Assembly: GCF_963921235.1 (NCBI RefSeq)
Contig: NC_086109.1
Coordinates: 28,584,001-28,648,000, forward strand
Length of the DNA stretch: 64,000 nucleotides
Direction of reading: 5' to 3'
From: Mobula hypostoma
Lineage: Eukaryota
In this document: piece by piece, positions 10,904 through 22,952 of the stretch
Position numbering within the stretch: the stretch's first letter is position 1
Layout: each line of letters starts with the position of its first letter
Made by a program: the position numbers and the translations under genes
Notes under the pieces: model-generated
What the model was told of the DNA's origin: nothing
What the model saw: the letters and a program-made list of their open reading frames with translations, nothing else
The model's database searches: none

Positions 10904-12987
10904 TGTTCATCCCAGTTTGGCAAAAGAATAAATCAAGGAAGGTAGTGCACCCGTGGCTGACAAGAGAAATTAGGGATAGTATCAATTCCAAAGAAGTAGC
11001 ATACAAATTAGCCAGAGAAAGTGGCTCACCTGAGGACTGGGAGAAATTCAGAGTTCAGCAGAGGAGGACAAAGGGCTTAATTAGGAAGGGGAAAAAAGAT
11101 TATGAGAGAAAACTGGCAGAGAACATAAAAACGGACTGTAAAAGCTTTTATAGATATGTAAAAAGGAAACGACTGATAAAGACAAATGTAGGTCCCCTGC
11201 AGACAGAAACAGGTGAATTGATTATGGGGAGCAAGGACATGGCAGACCAATTGAATAATTACTTTGGTTCTGTCTTCACTAAGGAGGACATAAATAATCT
11301 TCCAGAAATAGTAAGGGACAGAGGGTCCAGTGAGATGGAGGAACTGAGTGAAATACATGTTAGTAGGGAAGTGGTGTTAGGTAAATTGAAGGGATTGAAG
11401 GCAGATAAATCCCCAGGGCCAGATGGTCTGCATCCTAGAGTGCTTAAGGAGGTAGCCCAAGAAATAGTGGATGCATTAGTGATAATTTTTCAAAACTCGT
11501 TAGATTCTGGACTAGTTCCTGAGGATTGGAGGGTGGCTAATGTAACCCCACTTTTTAAAAAAGGAGGGAGAGAGAAACCGGGGAATTATAGGCCGGTTAG
11601 CCTAACGTCGGTGGTGGGGAAACTGCTGGAGTCAGTTATCAAGGATGTGATAACAGCACATTTGGAAGGCGGTGAAATGATCGGACAAAGTCAGCATGGA
11701 TTTGTGAACGGAAAATCATGTCTGACGAATCTCATAGAATTTTTTGAGGATGTAACTAGTAGAGTGGATAGGGGAGAAGCAGTGGATGTGGTATATTTGG
11801 ATTTTCAAAAGGCTTTTGACAAGGTCCCACACAGGAGATTAGTGTGCAAACTTAAAGCACACGGTATTGGGGGTAAGGTATTGGTGTGGGTGGAGAATTG
11901 GTTAGCAGACAGGAAGCAAAGAGTGGGAATAAACGGGACCTTTTCAGAATGGCAGGCGGTGACTAGTGGGGTACCACAAGGCTCAGTGCTGGGACCCCAG
12001 TTGTTTACAATATATATTAATGACTTGGATGAGGGAATTAAATGCAGCATCTCCAAGTTTGCGGATGACATGAAGCTGGGTGGCAGTGTTAGCAGTGAGG
12101 AGGATGCTAAGAGGATGCAGGGTGACTTGGATAGGTTGGGTGAGTGGGCAAACTCATGGCAGATGCAATTTAATGTGGATAAATGTGAAGTTATCCACTT
12201 TGGTGGCAAAAATAGGAAAACAGATTATTATCTGAATGGTGGCCGATTAGGAAAAGGGGAGGTGCAACGAGACCTGGGTGTCATTATACACCAGTCATTG
12301 AAAGTGGGCATGCAGGTACAGCAGGCGGTGAAAAAGGCGAACGGTATGCTGGCATTTATAGCGAGAGGATTCGAGTACAGGAGCAGGGAGGTACTACTGC
12401 AGTTGTACAAGGCCTTGGTGAGACCACACCTGGAGTATCGTGTGCAGTTTTGGTCCCCTAATCTGAGGAAAGACATCTTTGCCATAGAGGGAGTACAAAG
12501 AAGGTTCACCAAATTGATTCCTGGGATGGCAGGTCTTTCATATGAAGAAAGACTGGATGAACTGAGCTTGTACTCGTTGGAATTTAGAAGATTGAGGGGG
12601 GATCTGATTGAAACGTATAAGATCCTAAAGGGATTGGACAGGCTAGATGCGGGAAGATTGTTCCCGATGTTGGGGAGGTCCAGAACGAGGGGTCACAGTT
12701 TGAGGATAGAGGGGAAGCCTTTTAGGACCGAGATTAGGAAAAACTTCTTCACACAGAGAGTGGTGAATCTGTGGAATTCTCTGCCACAGCAAACTGTTGA
12801 GGCCAGTTCATTGGCTATGTTTAAGAGGGAGTTAGATATGGCCCTTGTGGCTACAGGGGTCAGGGGGTATGGAGGGAAGGCTGGGTTCTGAGTTGGATGA
12901 TCAGCCATGATCATAATAAATGGCGGTGCAGGCTCGAAGGGCCGAATGGTCTACTCCTGCACCTATTTTCTATGTTTCTATGTTTCT
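10904..12987 (+). mobile_element. Young 5'-truncated CR1 LINE inserted in a V-SINE
   Basis: (TTCTATGT)n-type tail at about 12968-12987; candidate TSD CTAAC (10899-10903 and 12986-12990); the flanks rejoin into a minus-strand V-SINE. Confidence 0.92.
10945..12891 (+). CDS. CR1 ORF2 reverse transcriptase, uninterrupted 648-aa frame lacking the APE endonuclease
   Basis: Motifs [62 protein letters not shown] and RVVNLWNSLP. Confidence 0.93.
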   Translation: MHPWLTREIRDSINSKEVAYKLARESGSPEDWEKFRVQQRRTKGLIRKGKKDYERKLAENIKTDCKSFYRYVKRKRLIKTNVGPLQTETGELIMGSKDMADQLNNYFGSVFTKEDINNLPEIVRDRGSSEMEELSEIHVSREVVLGKLKGLKADKSPGPDGLHPRVLKEVAQEIVDALVIIFQNSLDSGLVPEDWRVANVTPLFKKGGREKPGNYRPVSLTSVVGKLLESVIKDVITAHLEGGEMIGQSQHGFVNGKSCLTNLIEFFEDVTSRVDRGEAVDVVYLDFQKAFDKVPHRRLVCKLKAHGIGGKVLVWVENWLADRKQRVGINGTFSEWQAVTSGVPQGSVLGPQLFTIYINDLDEGIKCSISKFADDMKLGGSVSSEEDAKRMQGDLDRLGEWANSWQMQFNVDKCEVIHFGGKNRKTDYYLNGGRLGKGEVQRDLGVIIHQSLKVGMQVQQAVKKANGMLAFIARGFEYRSREVLLQLYKALVRPHLEYRVQFWSPNLRKDIFAIEGVQRRFTKLIPGMAGLSYEERLDELSLYSLEFRRLRGDLIETYKILKGLDRLDAGRLFPMLGRSRTRGHSLRIEGKPFRTEIRKNFFTQRVVNLWNSLPQQTVEASSLAMFKRELDMALVATGVRGYGGKAGF

Positions 12988-13140
12988 AACCTGCAAACCT
13001 TCATGACATGGGTTTGTGGGAGGAAAGTGGAGCACCTACATTAGATTAAACCCATATGGTCACAGGGAGAATGTGCAAGCTTCACACAGGCAGCAACTGA
13101 GATTAGGATTGAACCTGGTCCTTTGGCGTGGTGAGACAGT
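12988..13140 (-). mobile_element. HE1/V-SINE-like SINE, split by the CR1 (remainder at about 10865-10903)
   Basis: Reverse complement contains B-box GGTTCAATCC and the V-core TGTGTGAAGCTTGCACATTCTCCCTGTGACC..GGGTT..GGTGCTCC..TTTCCTCCCACA. Confidence 0.8.
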
Positions 13141-13154
13141 GATTTTAAAAACTC

Positions 13155-13570
13155 TAAATTCAGGTCAAATTCCATTTGAATTGTCATTCAACCATAAATG
13201 AATACAGCCGAATGAAACAGCATTCCTCTGGGGCCAAGGTGCAAAACATACACGGAACGTTCAAAACTGTGAACAAAAAAAAACAGTCACGTGAATAAAA
13301 ACCACAAACCTCGCGAATTGTTTGTACAGATTCCCAGCAGTATGCAGCCACTGCAATCCAGCCTGTCATTCCTCCAACTGAACACTGGAGGGCAGCACCA
13401 ACAGGTGGTACCAGGCCCCAACCATACACGGACGCCACACTACACTGCCTCCAGAGTCTCCTTTCCTGGACTGTAGCAGCAGGCAAGCCCGCGGCTTGTG
13501 GCCTGGTCCTCGCTGCAACCGAGGTTATGCAGCTCCCACGCCACCTGTTGCACACTAAACAAATCAAAAA
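13155..13570 (-). mobile_element. Non-autonomous LINE-tail/SINE-like repeat
   Basis: GC-richer block ending on the minus strand in ...TGGTTGAATGACAATTCAAATGGAATTTGA, similar to the Rex1 tail at 39140-39207. Confidence 0.5.
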
Positions 13571-15677
13571 ACAAGGATTATGATGTTATTTTTCAAACTG
13601 TCATTTGAGGACAGAGTATTCAACAAGACTAGATCACCAGATGCTAAATTTCTTTGTTCCAGTGCTAATCATGATAAAGTAATTTATGAGAGTATGGTTT
13701 AAAGTCTGCATGGTTGCACCTATTCGATGGGCACAACAATTGTCAATCAGCAATGCAGAGGAATACCTGGTCCGTGTGCTAATATGGGTCACTAAAATGA
13801 TCGCGGCTTTAATCTAGATGGCCCAGGATGTAAAATGATGGCTTCAAACTCAGTCTTAAATTGACTTGCCTTAAGTCAGAGATTATAATAATTCATAGCA
13901 GAGGGAGTTTTATTTCAGAGAACATAATTCTATTCTTATGTCTTCATTGTCTGGATCAACATTATCTTAATTTGATACATCATACCTAACAAATCTGTCT
14001 TCATTCCTTTTCATTATGTGAGGAACCATGGATAATATTACATGCCACTTCTATAATTTTCCATCAACTGACTGAGTAAATTTTGGCCTTGTGTTTGTTC
14101 CTCCTCCCTCCTTCACTTTGACATTTGTGGTGTTGAATGGATCAATTAAATCCTTTAATATTCATTTGTTGGATCAACAATGTATCATTTAAGATGTCTT
14201 GTTCCATTACACTGGCAGATAATCCTCATGATATGATCATACTGTATTTAATTCTATTTTGCATTTTCTCAGAATCATAAAGTACAAAAGGAAGGCTTTT
14301 GGCCTTTAAGGTATATGTCAATTTTTTGAAGAACCCATCTAATCAGCTTTAATCTTGCACTCTTTCTCCATAGCACTGTATTTTTTGTTATTAGTTTTAC
14401 ACCTAAATCTACCACTGGACCTGCTTCCATTGTCATTTCAGGCTTTGCTTTCCATCAGTGCTTACTTTTCTTCTTTGTTCCTTTGTGATTATATGTGACA
14501 CTATTGTGGGACAAGATTAGTTTTGTCAAATATTATATGTTCTACCTACCATTTAATCTGGGTTTTATTAACGAACAGCTGAATTCATAAAGGTATTACA
14601 ATAAGGTCCAAATTCAAGTACATTTGTACAAAATAAGATGCAATCGATTAAGTTATATTCTATTGCTAACTGCATTAATTAATTTGTTGATTACAAAATA
14701 GTTGTCTTTTATAATGAAGTGGTGCTACTTTTCCAACTTTTGGATCTGTCCAGCCAACTGAGTCTGATTTTTTAGTGCCACTCATAACCTCTCCTGTCTA
14801 TTCAAATAGGCACACAGATTTGAACATAGCACAAGCCTGCTCAGTGATTCCACTCCAGACTGAAGGTTGGCTGCAAAACTTTACTCCGTGTGGCCAATTC
14901 AACCATTCAGTTTAGTTCCTGTGTCCAATGTAAATTTCAGGCACAGCCAACATTTACTTCATTGGTTTTCCTTTCCTAATCGAAGGTCAAAAAATGTCAA
15001 TCATAATTAAATTTGAGGTGTAAAAAGACCTAAACACTGACTGGCAGTAACCAAGATTTAAATTGGCAAAAATTTGAGATCAGGTTATATGATCATCAAA
15101 TGCACATTAAGTTACTTGGGGGAGAATTAACATAAAGAGTCTGTCATGGAAACACAGACTGAAAGTGATGGCCCACTTGACTGATTAAATCATTCTTTCC
15201 ACAGACGATGAGAGGACTCCATCAACCCAATCTCCAGAAAAGTTGCAGGCTCTTAAGTGATGCACCATACTATTTTCCAATGTTCCCAACCAGTTTTATA
15301 CACTGCCCAGTTCTGCTTGGTCCTTCGACTTCATTGGAAGATTCCTTGAATGTAAATTCCTGGAACAACAGCACAATACCAGGAAGATGTGAACTTAAAA
15401 CGCACCACCCAAAACTGTCCATTAGTTAACTGGGCTATTTGAACATTACGCAAGTAGGCACATGGTTTTTAAATAAATCCTTCTGCTAACTAAGGCACCT
15501 TAAGGGAAGTTAATTGGCACACCTCCAGGTGGTCTGTATCAAGAATCAACGGCAAAATAAGTTCATGATTTCTTTTTGGCTCTAGAATAATTTCAATTTT
15601 TTAATCCAATCATTGCCCTATACTGTTGTATGCCACGTTATCTTGATTTTGTATCACAGATTACTGGTCCTATATAG

Positions 15678-15832
15678 AGATTGCAGATGCTGGAACTGGA
15701 ATGAAATCAAGATGTTGGAGGAACTCAGTGAGACGGGCAGCATCTGTGGAGAGAAGTGGACAGTTAATATTTTAACTGTATCCAGAAGAAGAATCTCAAC
15801 CCAAAGTGTTGACTGTCCATTTCCCTCCACAA
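15678..15832. mobile_element. Fold-back Penelope pLTR-derived mini-element
   Basis: GCAGATGCTGGA...GGAGGAACTCAG...GCAGCATCTGTGGAG arm followed by its inverted copy (TTGACTGTCCATTTCCCTCCACA). Confidence 0.65.
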
Positions 15833-15834
15833 AA

Positions 15835-16340
15835 AGAAAGCAATTCCCAAGTCAGCAAGTCCCAAGGTCATAGGTCTTTGTGAGTCCAGCATTCAAGGCC
15901 TGGAGTTTAGGGTCCTGTGATCATCGAGTCCCGGGGGCGATACTGAAGACTGAACCCCGAAGGTCAAAGACCAACTTCGGCAAGTCCAGAAGTCAGAACT
16001 CAGTTGTCAAGGTCCTGTGTCAGTGTGTCTGGAAGCTGGAGGCCCAGTCTCTGCGAGTCCGAAAGTCCACTGGAGACTGTCTTGTGATTGGAGACCTATC
16101 CATTTGTATTATCAGGCGGAAGAGTGGGGGGGGGGAGTGGTGGAGGGGCAGATAGGACTTGCTTTGCTGTTGTTGTTTTGTTTCGTCGACATTACGGTAG
16201 TTGATGCAATGTTTGTACCGGAATGCATGGTGACACCTGTGAGCTGCTCCCAGTACAATCTTAGGTTGGCCGTCAACACAAACAACATAGTTTTCTATTG
16301 CTTCAATGTACATGTGGTAAATAAATGAATCTAAATCTGA
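15835..16340 (+). mobile_element. Non-autonomous SINE-like repeat, same family as 5365-5878
   Basis: Shared body motifs and tail AATAAATGAATCTAAATCTGA. Confidence 0.55.
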
Positions 16341-18177
16341 AAAATATCCTGTTTGTTGCTACTGGTACTATATATTTGAATATGCTTTCATTAGAAAAAT
16401 GTGACACCTTTTTTTTGCATAAAAACTCTAATTATTTATTATAAACATTTTAATTGTCCTTATAGTAATTGATTCCATGTCTACTGAAAATGGCTGTGGG
16501 TAATTGCTTTTAGAAGAATATGATCCGCACACCCCATCTTTACAAAATGATTGTGAGCTTCAGGACTGCATCTCCCAATATTACTGCTGTGCAGAAGACT
16601 TTGTATGCCCTGTTTAGTCTTTTCTTCATTACCTTCCCTTCAAACTTGATTATTACCATCCTGACCAATTCCCACTACAGAGGTCTAAGGGGTTGTAGAC
16701 TGAAACTGAAATCCTTCTTCCCAGCAAACTGCTGACTCAGATCTTAAGAGAAAAAAATGTCCCTCTAGCTTACCTGATCAAATTTAATCTTGGGTGACCA
16801 GTTTGTGTTAGTTTCAGCTGATCTCTCATAGGGATACAAAACCAAATCAACAGATATTGACAAGCGGTCTTCCCATCATGAAAAAAGGCACTTCCTAATC
16901 TTTTAAATCAATGGATTTTGCAGGTGCATGATGATAACTATGAAAGGCTTTCTGTTCATATTTGGAGTGACTCTGGGATAAGTGTGATCTGTTTTTGCTG
17001 AAGTAAACAAATCAGGGAGGAACAGTGTTAAATGTGGCTTTGTTGCCGACCACTAAACCCAAAAAAATGTGTTGCATAAATAGAAATTCTGATTACTGCC
17101 AAACAGTATCTACCTGGACATCAACTGAATGAGAGGTAAATTACTGTGTACACTTTAAAAGCCATATCAAAACTCATATTTACATCCAAAGTCAAATGAA
17201 AAAAAATATTGTTTCAGTTTGCTCAACCAGTCCATAAACAGGACGAATAAGATCAAAAGGATAATATTAAACTGTCTAAGCAGTTTCACTTTGCTTGCAA
17301 GTGCATATGGAGCTCATGCCTCTCTTAAACTTTGAGCCATTACAGCTGAAACAATACACAATTCAACACACACCCAAGCTGCAATAGTAAGCTCATAAAA
17401 CAGACAGGATTTCCTCTTCTCAAAGACGTCTTCATAAAAACAAACTCTGAATGCTGTAGCATTACTCGCCTATGAAAACCAGGCTCTAAGTATTATCATG
17501 AGGGTAAATGAAGAAGGCAATAGCCAAGAAATACTGCAACACTATTAGAAGAGTGATAATAGGTGCCCTGTGTTGTAGAGTACTGACCATTCTTTCATGG
17601 GCTTGGCCTGGTGCTGTTGTTCAGTAGACCCTAGCACGTGGTCACAGTTTGAGGTCTTTGTCCAGAGATTGAGTCTTGGGACCAGGAATTAAGCACAGTG
17701 TGAGGCAGAGATGTCACCAGTAGATTGTGTGTTGTGAGGTGTTGGCTATGAATAGCTAAGAGCTGGGCTGGGACCTGCTCTATGAAGCTTTCTTTCAGTA
17801 GTTGTGTTTCAGAGACACGGTTATTCTGTGAATGACCATTGCTGTTGCTTTAAGAACAATTTAATTTTCTGGCAATGCTGAAAGTTCCTGGAAAGGCACT
17901 TTTCAACCAGGAAATGGTTGCTATTACCATCCATTCCAGGAATAATTGAGTATTATATGCTAACATTATGTGCTATATATATTTAATACCAAGGCCAACA
18001 GGCCTCTTTAGAATTAGTAGCATTGGTAAACAGATACAGAGCATGATTATAAGGAAAACAAATAAACAACTGATGTCTCTGGGACCCAGCACAGAGGGGA
18101 TTGAATTAGTGAATTACCGAAAGGACTTCTTAATTGGAATGCATGCAAGAGCCGGTTGGTTGTAGAGAGATACTTAC

Positions 18178-18191
18178 ACCAAGAATGTATC
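18178..18191 (-). other. Candidate 14-nt microexon
   Basis: ataatTGCatttccAG|GATACATTCTTGGT|GTAAGTAT, with TGCATG about 30 nt downstream (18147-18142). Confidence 0.35.
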
Positions 18192-18424
18192 CTGGAAATG
18201 CAATTATTGAGATATATTTTTCATGTGTGTGCTTGCTTGATATAAACTACAGCTATATTTGATCAAGAGGGTCAGAGAAAGGGCAAGGGAGTGCATTCAC
18301 AAAGGAACTACCTTGCAGGAATAAATAGATACTCTGGCTCTTTTACTCTGGTAAACTTGCAAGCTAATTGTGAGACTGAAGAAGAGCACAATAAACAGGC
18401 TTTGATATGGAGAGAGAAAAATAG

Positions 18425-18655
18425 GGTGGCCTGGTAGAGAAGTGATTAGTGGAACACTATTACAGTGATAGTAACTCGCATTCAATTCCACTGCACTCTC
18501 CCCATGACTGTGTGGGTTTCCTCTAGGTGCTACAGTTTCATCCTACATTCCAAAATCAGTAGGTTAACTGGTCACATGGGTGTAATTAGGTGGCACAGTC
18601 TTTTTGGGACGGATGGGCCTGTTACTGTGCTGTATCACTGAATAAATAAATAAAA
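18425..18655 (+). mobile_element. HE1/V-SINE-like SINE
   Basis: Core CTCTCCCCATGACTGTGTGGGTTTCCTCTAGGTGCTACAGTTTC; CR1-like 3' end GGGCCTGTTACTGTGCTGTATC with an A-rich tail. Confidence 0.75.
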
Positions 18656-19340
18656 ATAAGTAAATATGTCATTACAATACAATAACAGCAGCATTTTGTA
18701 ATGTTTTTTAATAATACCATTATGTTAGAGCACTTTTCATAGAGATAATGTAGGTAAAAGTATAAACGTACAAATAAAATAAAAAATCAAAATAAAATAA
18801 ACATGAAAATAAAAGACAAAAATACAGTATGCCAGTTAAAAGCAAGGTTAAATAAATAAGTTTAAAGCTGGTGCTTGAAGTGTCAATGAAGTCTGCATCC
18901 ATTATAGTTTTAGGTATTGAATTCCACAGTTTAGCAGCGCAGTTCAAAATAACTGACCTGCCAATTATCTTTGGAGGAAAATTGTTTAAGAAACAGGGTG
19001 AAGAAGATCTTGTTGTGTACTTAGTATTTTAGTAATATTTGAGTCATACTGTAACTATATTGCTTGATTAAGTATTGTTTGCTGTATACATAATTCATTA
19101 TGGGTTATATGTGAAAGTACATGATTGACCTCGTCAAATGTGTGCTCCTCACTAAAGAAAATGAAAGTAAAAAGCAAGTGGACCCATTTCCAGGCTTCGG
19201 TGTTTTTCTTTTGATTAGTTTCTAAAGTTTCAAAATATAACAATGGCTACAAGATAGTTTTAAAATGAACGCGAGACAGCTACTTACCTGTTGAAGTGCA
19301 ACAAGGCATTCGAGTTAAAAAAAGGGTATTGCACTTTGAG

Positions 19341-19543
19341 AAACAAGAGAAAATCTACAGATGCTGGAAATCCAAGAAACACACATAAAATGGTGGAGGA
19401 ACTCAGCAGGCCAGGCAGCATTTATGGAAAAAAAATACAGTCGAAGTTTCGGGCCGAAATCTTTGGCAGGAAATATTGACTGTACTTTTTTCCATAGCTG
19501 CTACCTGACCTGCTGAGTTCCTCCAGTGTTCTGTGTGTGTTGC
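19341..19543. mobile_element. Fold-back Penelope pLTR-derived mini-element inside the Gypsy leader
   Basis: Arm ACACACATAAAATGGTGGAGGAACTCAGCAGGCCAGGCAGCATTTATGGAAAAAAATACAGTC and its inverted copy at about 19478-19541. Confidence 0.8.
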
Positions 19544-20237
19544 ACCATTGACGTTCAAAGGCAGGAAAAGATATGTACCAGATAAAAATAATCATAACTA
19601 AAAATATAGCAGAAATAGCTGTCTACATCAGAACAATAGATGAGTTTAATTGCATAACAGATAACTAGGTGCTGTATACTGAACAAATTGCACAGTGTTT
19701 TGAAGCAAAGGAAATAGCCAATCAAAAGTGAGTGCCAGTGTTACTGAGTGTATAGATGGGAAAGCATATGGTTTGCTTAGAAGTTTAACACCGCCAACCA
19801 AGCCAGCCAAAGTGAAGTTGCTGATATCATGAACGCAATGCAGGAAAATTTAGAAATAAAACTATTGTTAATTGCAAATCACTTTAGATTTCATAAGCAG
19901 AATCAATTGAAAGGGGAGTCCATTTCAGCTTATGTGACTGAATTGAGGAGATTGTCTAAGCATTATCAGTTCAGTAATGGGCTTAATGATGCATTGAGAG
20001 ATTGCTTAGTTTGTGGAAACTTATAAGAAACATTCAAATACAGATCATAACCCACATTTAAAAGAGCAGTTGAAATTGCTGTAGCAATGAAAATAGCAGC
20101 CAGAGTTGCAATTCAGTTGCAGTCAGGAATGGAAGTGAGCATGAACAAAATTGCAAGGATAAACAGAAATGTGCCTAACTGAACACATTGTGTTACCGTT
20201 GTGGCAGGTGCTCACATATACCAGACAAATCGAGGCC

Positions 20238-21617
20238 TAGAACATAGAAAACCTACAGCACCATACAGGCCCTTCGCCCACAATGCTGTGCCAAACATGT
20301 ACTTACTTCAGAAATTACCTAGGGTTACCCATAGCCCTCTATTTTTCTAAGCTCCATGTACCTATCAAGGAATCTCTTAAAAGACCCTATTGTATCCACC
20401 TCCACCACAGTCACCAGCAGCCCATTCCATGCACTCACCACTCTCAGTGTAAAAAAGTTACTCCTGACATCCCCTCTGTACCTACTTCCAAACACCTTAA
20501 AAATGTAAACTCGTGTTAGCCATTTCAGCCCTGGGAAAAAGCCTCTGATTATCCACACAATCAATGTCTCTCATCATCTTATACACCTCTATCAGGTCAC
20601 CTCTCATCCTCCATCACTAAAAGGAGAAAAGGCCAAGTTCACTCAACCTATTCTCATAAGGCATGCTCCCCTATCCAGGCAACTTCCTTGTAAATCTCCT
20701 CTGCACCCTTTCTATAGTTTCCACATCCTTCCTGTAGTGAGGTGACCAGAAGTGAGCACAGTACTCCAGTGGGGTCTGACTAGGGTCCTATATAGCTGTA
20801 ACATTACCTCTCGGCTCTTGAACTCAATTCCACGGTTGATGAAGGCCAATGCACTGTATGCCTTCTTAACCACACAGTCAATACTGAGAAGCAGCTTTGA
20901 GTGTCCTATGGACACAAATCCCAAGATCTCTCTGATCCTCCACACTGCCAAGAGACTTACCATTAATATTATATTCTGCCATCATATTTGACCTACCAGA
21001 ATGAGCCACCTCACACTTATCCAGGTTGAACTCCATCTGCCACTTCTCAGCCCAGTTTTGCATCCTATCGATGTACCACTGTAACCTTTGGCAGTCCTCT
21101 GCACTATCCACAGCAACTCCAAACTTTGTGTCATCAGCAAATTTAGATTAGATTAGATTCAATTTTATTGCCATTGAGCCGAGTACAGATACAAAGTCAA
21201 TGAGATGCAGTTAGCATCTAACCAGAAATGCAAAGAATAGTTTTATTTACAAAATAACTGCAAGTAAAAAGTACGTGCTACAGCCCACAAATATAAAAGT
21301 ACTGAGACAGTACAATATGGGTGCAATACTGCTTAGCGCTGTGATGTGAGGTTCAGCAGGGTCACAGCCTCAGGGAAGAAGCTCTTCCTGTGCCTGCTGG
21401 TGCAGGAATGGAGACTCCTGTAGCACTTACCAGATGGAAGGAGAGTAAAGAGTCCATGATTAGGGTGAGATGTGTCCTTGATAACACTTTTCACCCTACC
21501 CAGGCAGTGTTTATGGCAGATGTTCTCAATGGTGGGCAAATATTTACTAACCCATCCCTCCACTTCCTCATCCAGTTCATTTATAAAAATCATGAAGAGA
21601 AGAGGTCCTAGAACAGA
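20238..21617 (-). mobile_element. 5'-truncated CR1 nested in Gypsy gag
   Basis: RT motifs KFADDTK, WAEKWQMEFNLDKCEV, VVKKAY and FFTLRVVSAWN; TTCTATGTTCTA tail at 20238. Confidence 0.9.
21146..21541 (-). mobile_element. Rex1/Babar 3' fragment nested in the CR1
   Basis: IKDTSHPNHGLFTLLPSGK..SFFPEAVTLLN; (AATCT)n tail; TSD ATTTA (21141-21145 and 21542-21546). Confidence 0.88.
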
Positions 21618-22952
21618 AGTTTAAAGGCAAAACTTGCAGAAAATGCAACAAAGTAGGACATATACAAAGAGCATGTTGAGCAGACAAAAATAACTGGACT
21701 GCAAAGGGGAAAAAAAGATAAAATGTCAAATTGCAGTTTCAAAAAGAGCACTAATCTGCATGCTGCTGATGAAAAATCTGATAATGATAAGAGTGACAGA
21801 GCTTTGAGATTCACCATGTGAAAACAGAAGTAATCTGCAAATGAATTGAAATGGAATTGGGCACTGGCTAGGCTGCTTCAGTCATTCCACAAAATGAGTT
21901 TGAATAGCATTTCAAAGCCTGCAGATTTCCAACTGAGAACTTATACTGGAGAAAAGATAACATCTGTGGGAATGACATTTGTAAAACTGAAATATAACAA
22001 CCAACAAGGCACATTGGGCTTGCATGTGGTAAAAACAGAAGGGCCAGCATTGTGGGGCCGTGATTGACTGAGACACTTACACCTTGATTGGAGGTCCATC
22101 AACTACTTGCATGCCACATCCCTTGCAAAAGAATCAACAGAAGGCAAATTATGAAAGGTACTGGATGATGCCACAGCAGTGTTCAAGGATGGTATTGGGA
22201 AAATCATACTTATCAAAGGTAAAATAGTGTTAAATAAAAATGCGTCACCCAAGTATTACAAATGCTGTGCAGCTCCTTATAGCATCTGTGATACAGTAGA
22301 CAATGAGTTAGATTGCATGGAGGCAGAAGGAATTCATTCCAGGGATGAATGAAGCCCAAAGGCAATGCTAGTGGTCTCAGTAGCCAACAGATAAAGGAAA
22401 TAGTGTTGTTACACACTGTACTCGCACATTATGATCCACATCAACCAATGAAGCTTGCCTGTGACACCTCAACTTATGGTACAGGTGCAGTCATGATACT
22501 TATTATGACTGATGGAAGCGAACACCTCATTGCCTTTGCATGATGTTCTCTTACCACTGCAGAGAAAAACTATGCAGAGGCTTGGAGTCTGGTTTGGAGT
22601 GTAAAATGACTTAACCAGTACAGCTAAGGGAGAAAGTTTACCCTCATGACTGATCATCAACGACCAATGTCCATTTTTAGTCCTCTGAAGGGTGTTCCAC
22701 TAACAGCAGCAGCACAAATGCAGAGATGGGCTCTGTTTAGTGGAGGGCACAATTACAAGATCAAATTCAAGAGGACAACTAATCATGGAAATGCTGATGG
22801 ACTGTTTACCCTTGGAAAAAAATATATCTGAAAAATTTACAATTGAGGACATTCCTCTTGATGTGTCCTCCCTAATGAATTTTATAAGTCCCCCTATTAC
22901 GGCAGAAATGATCCAAAGGGAAACCAATAAAGAACCCACACTGTCTTAGGTA

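Noticed and set aside
16773..16830. Minus-strand MRDQLKLTQ... ending at CAG|GTAAGC, reminiscent of the dystrophin Dp71 start
   Set aside because: The similarity covers about six residues, the length differs, and no supporting dystrophin exons are present.
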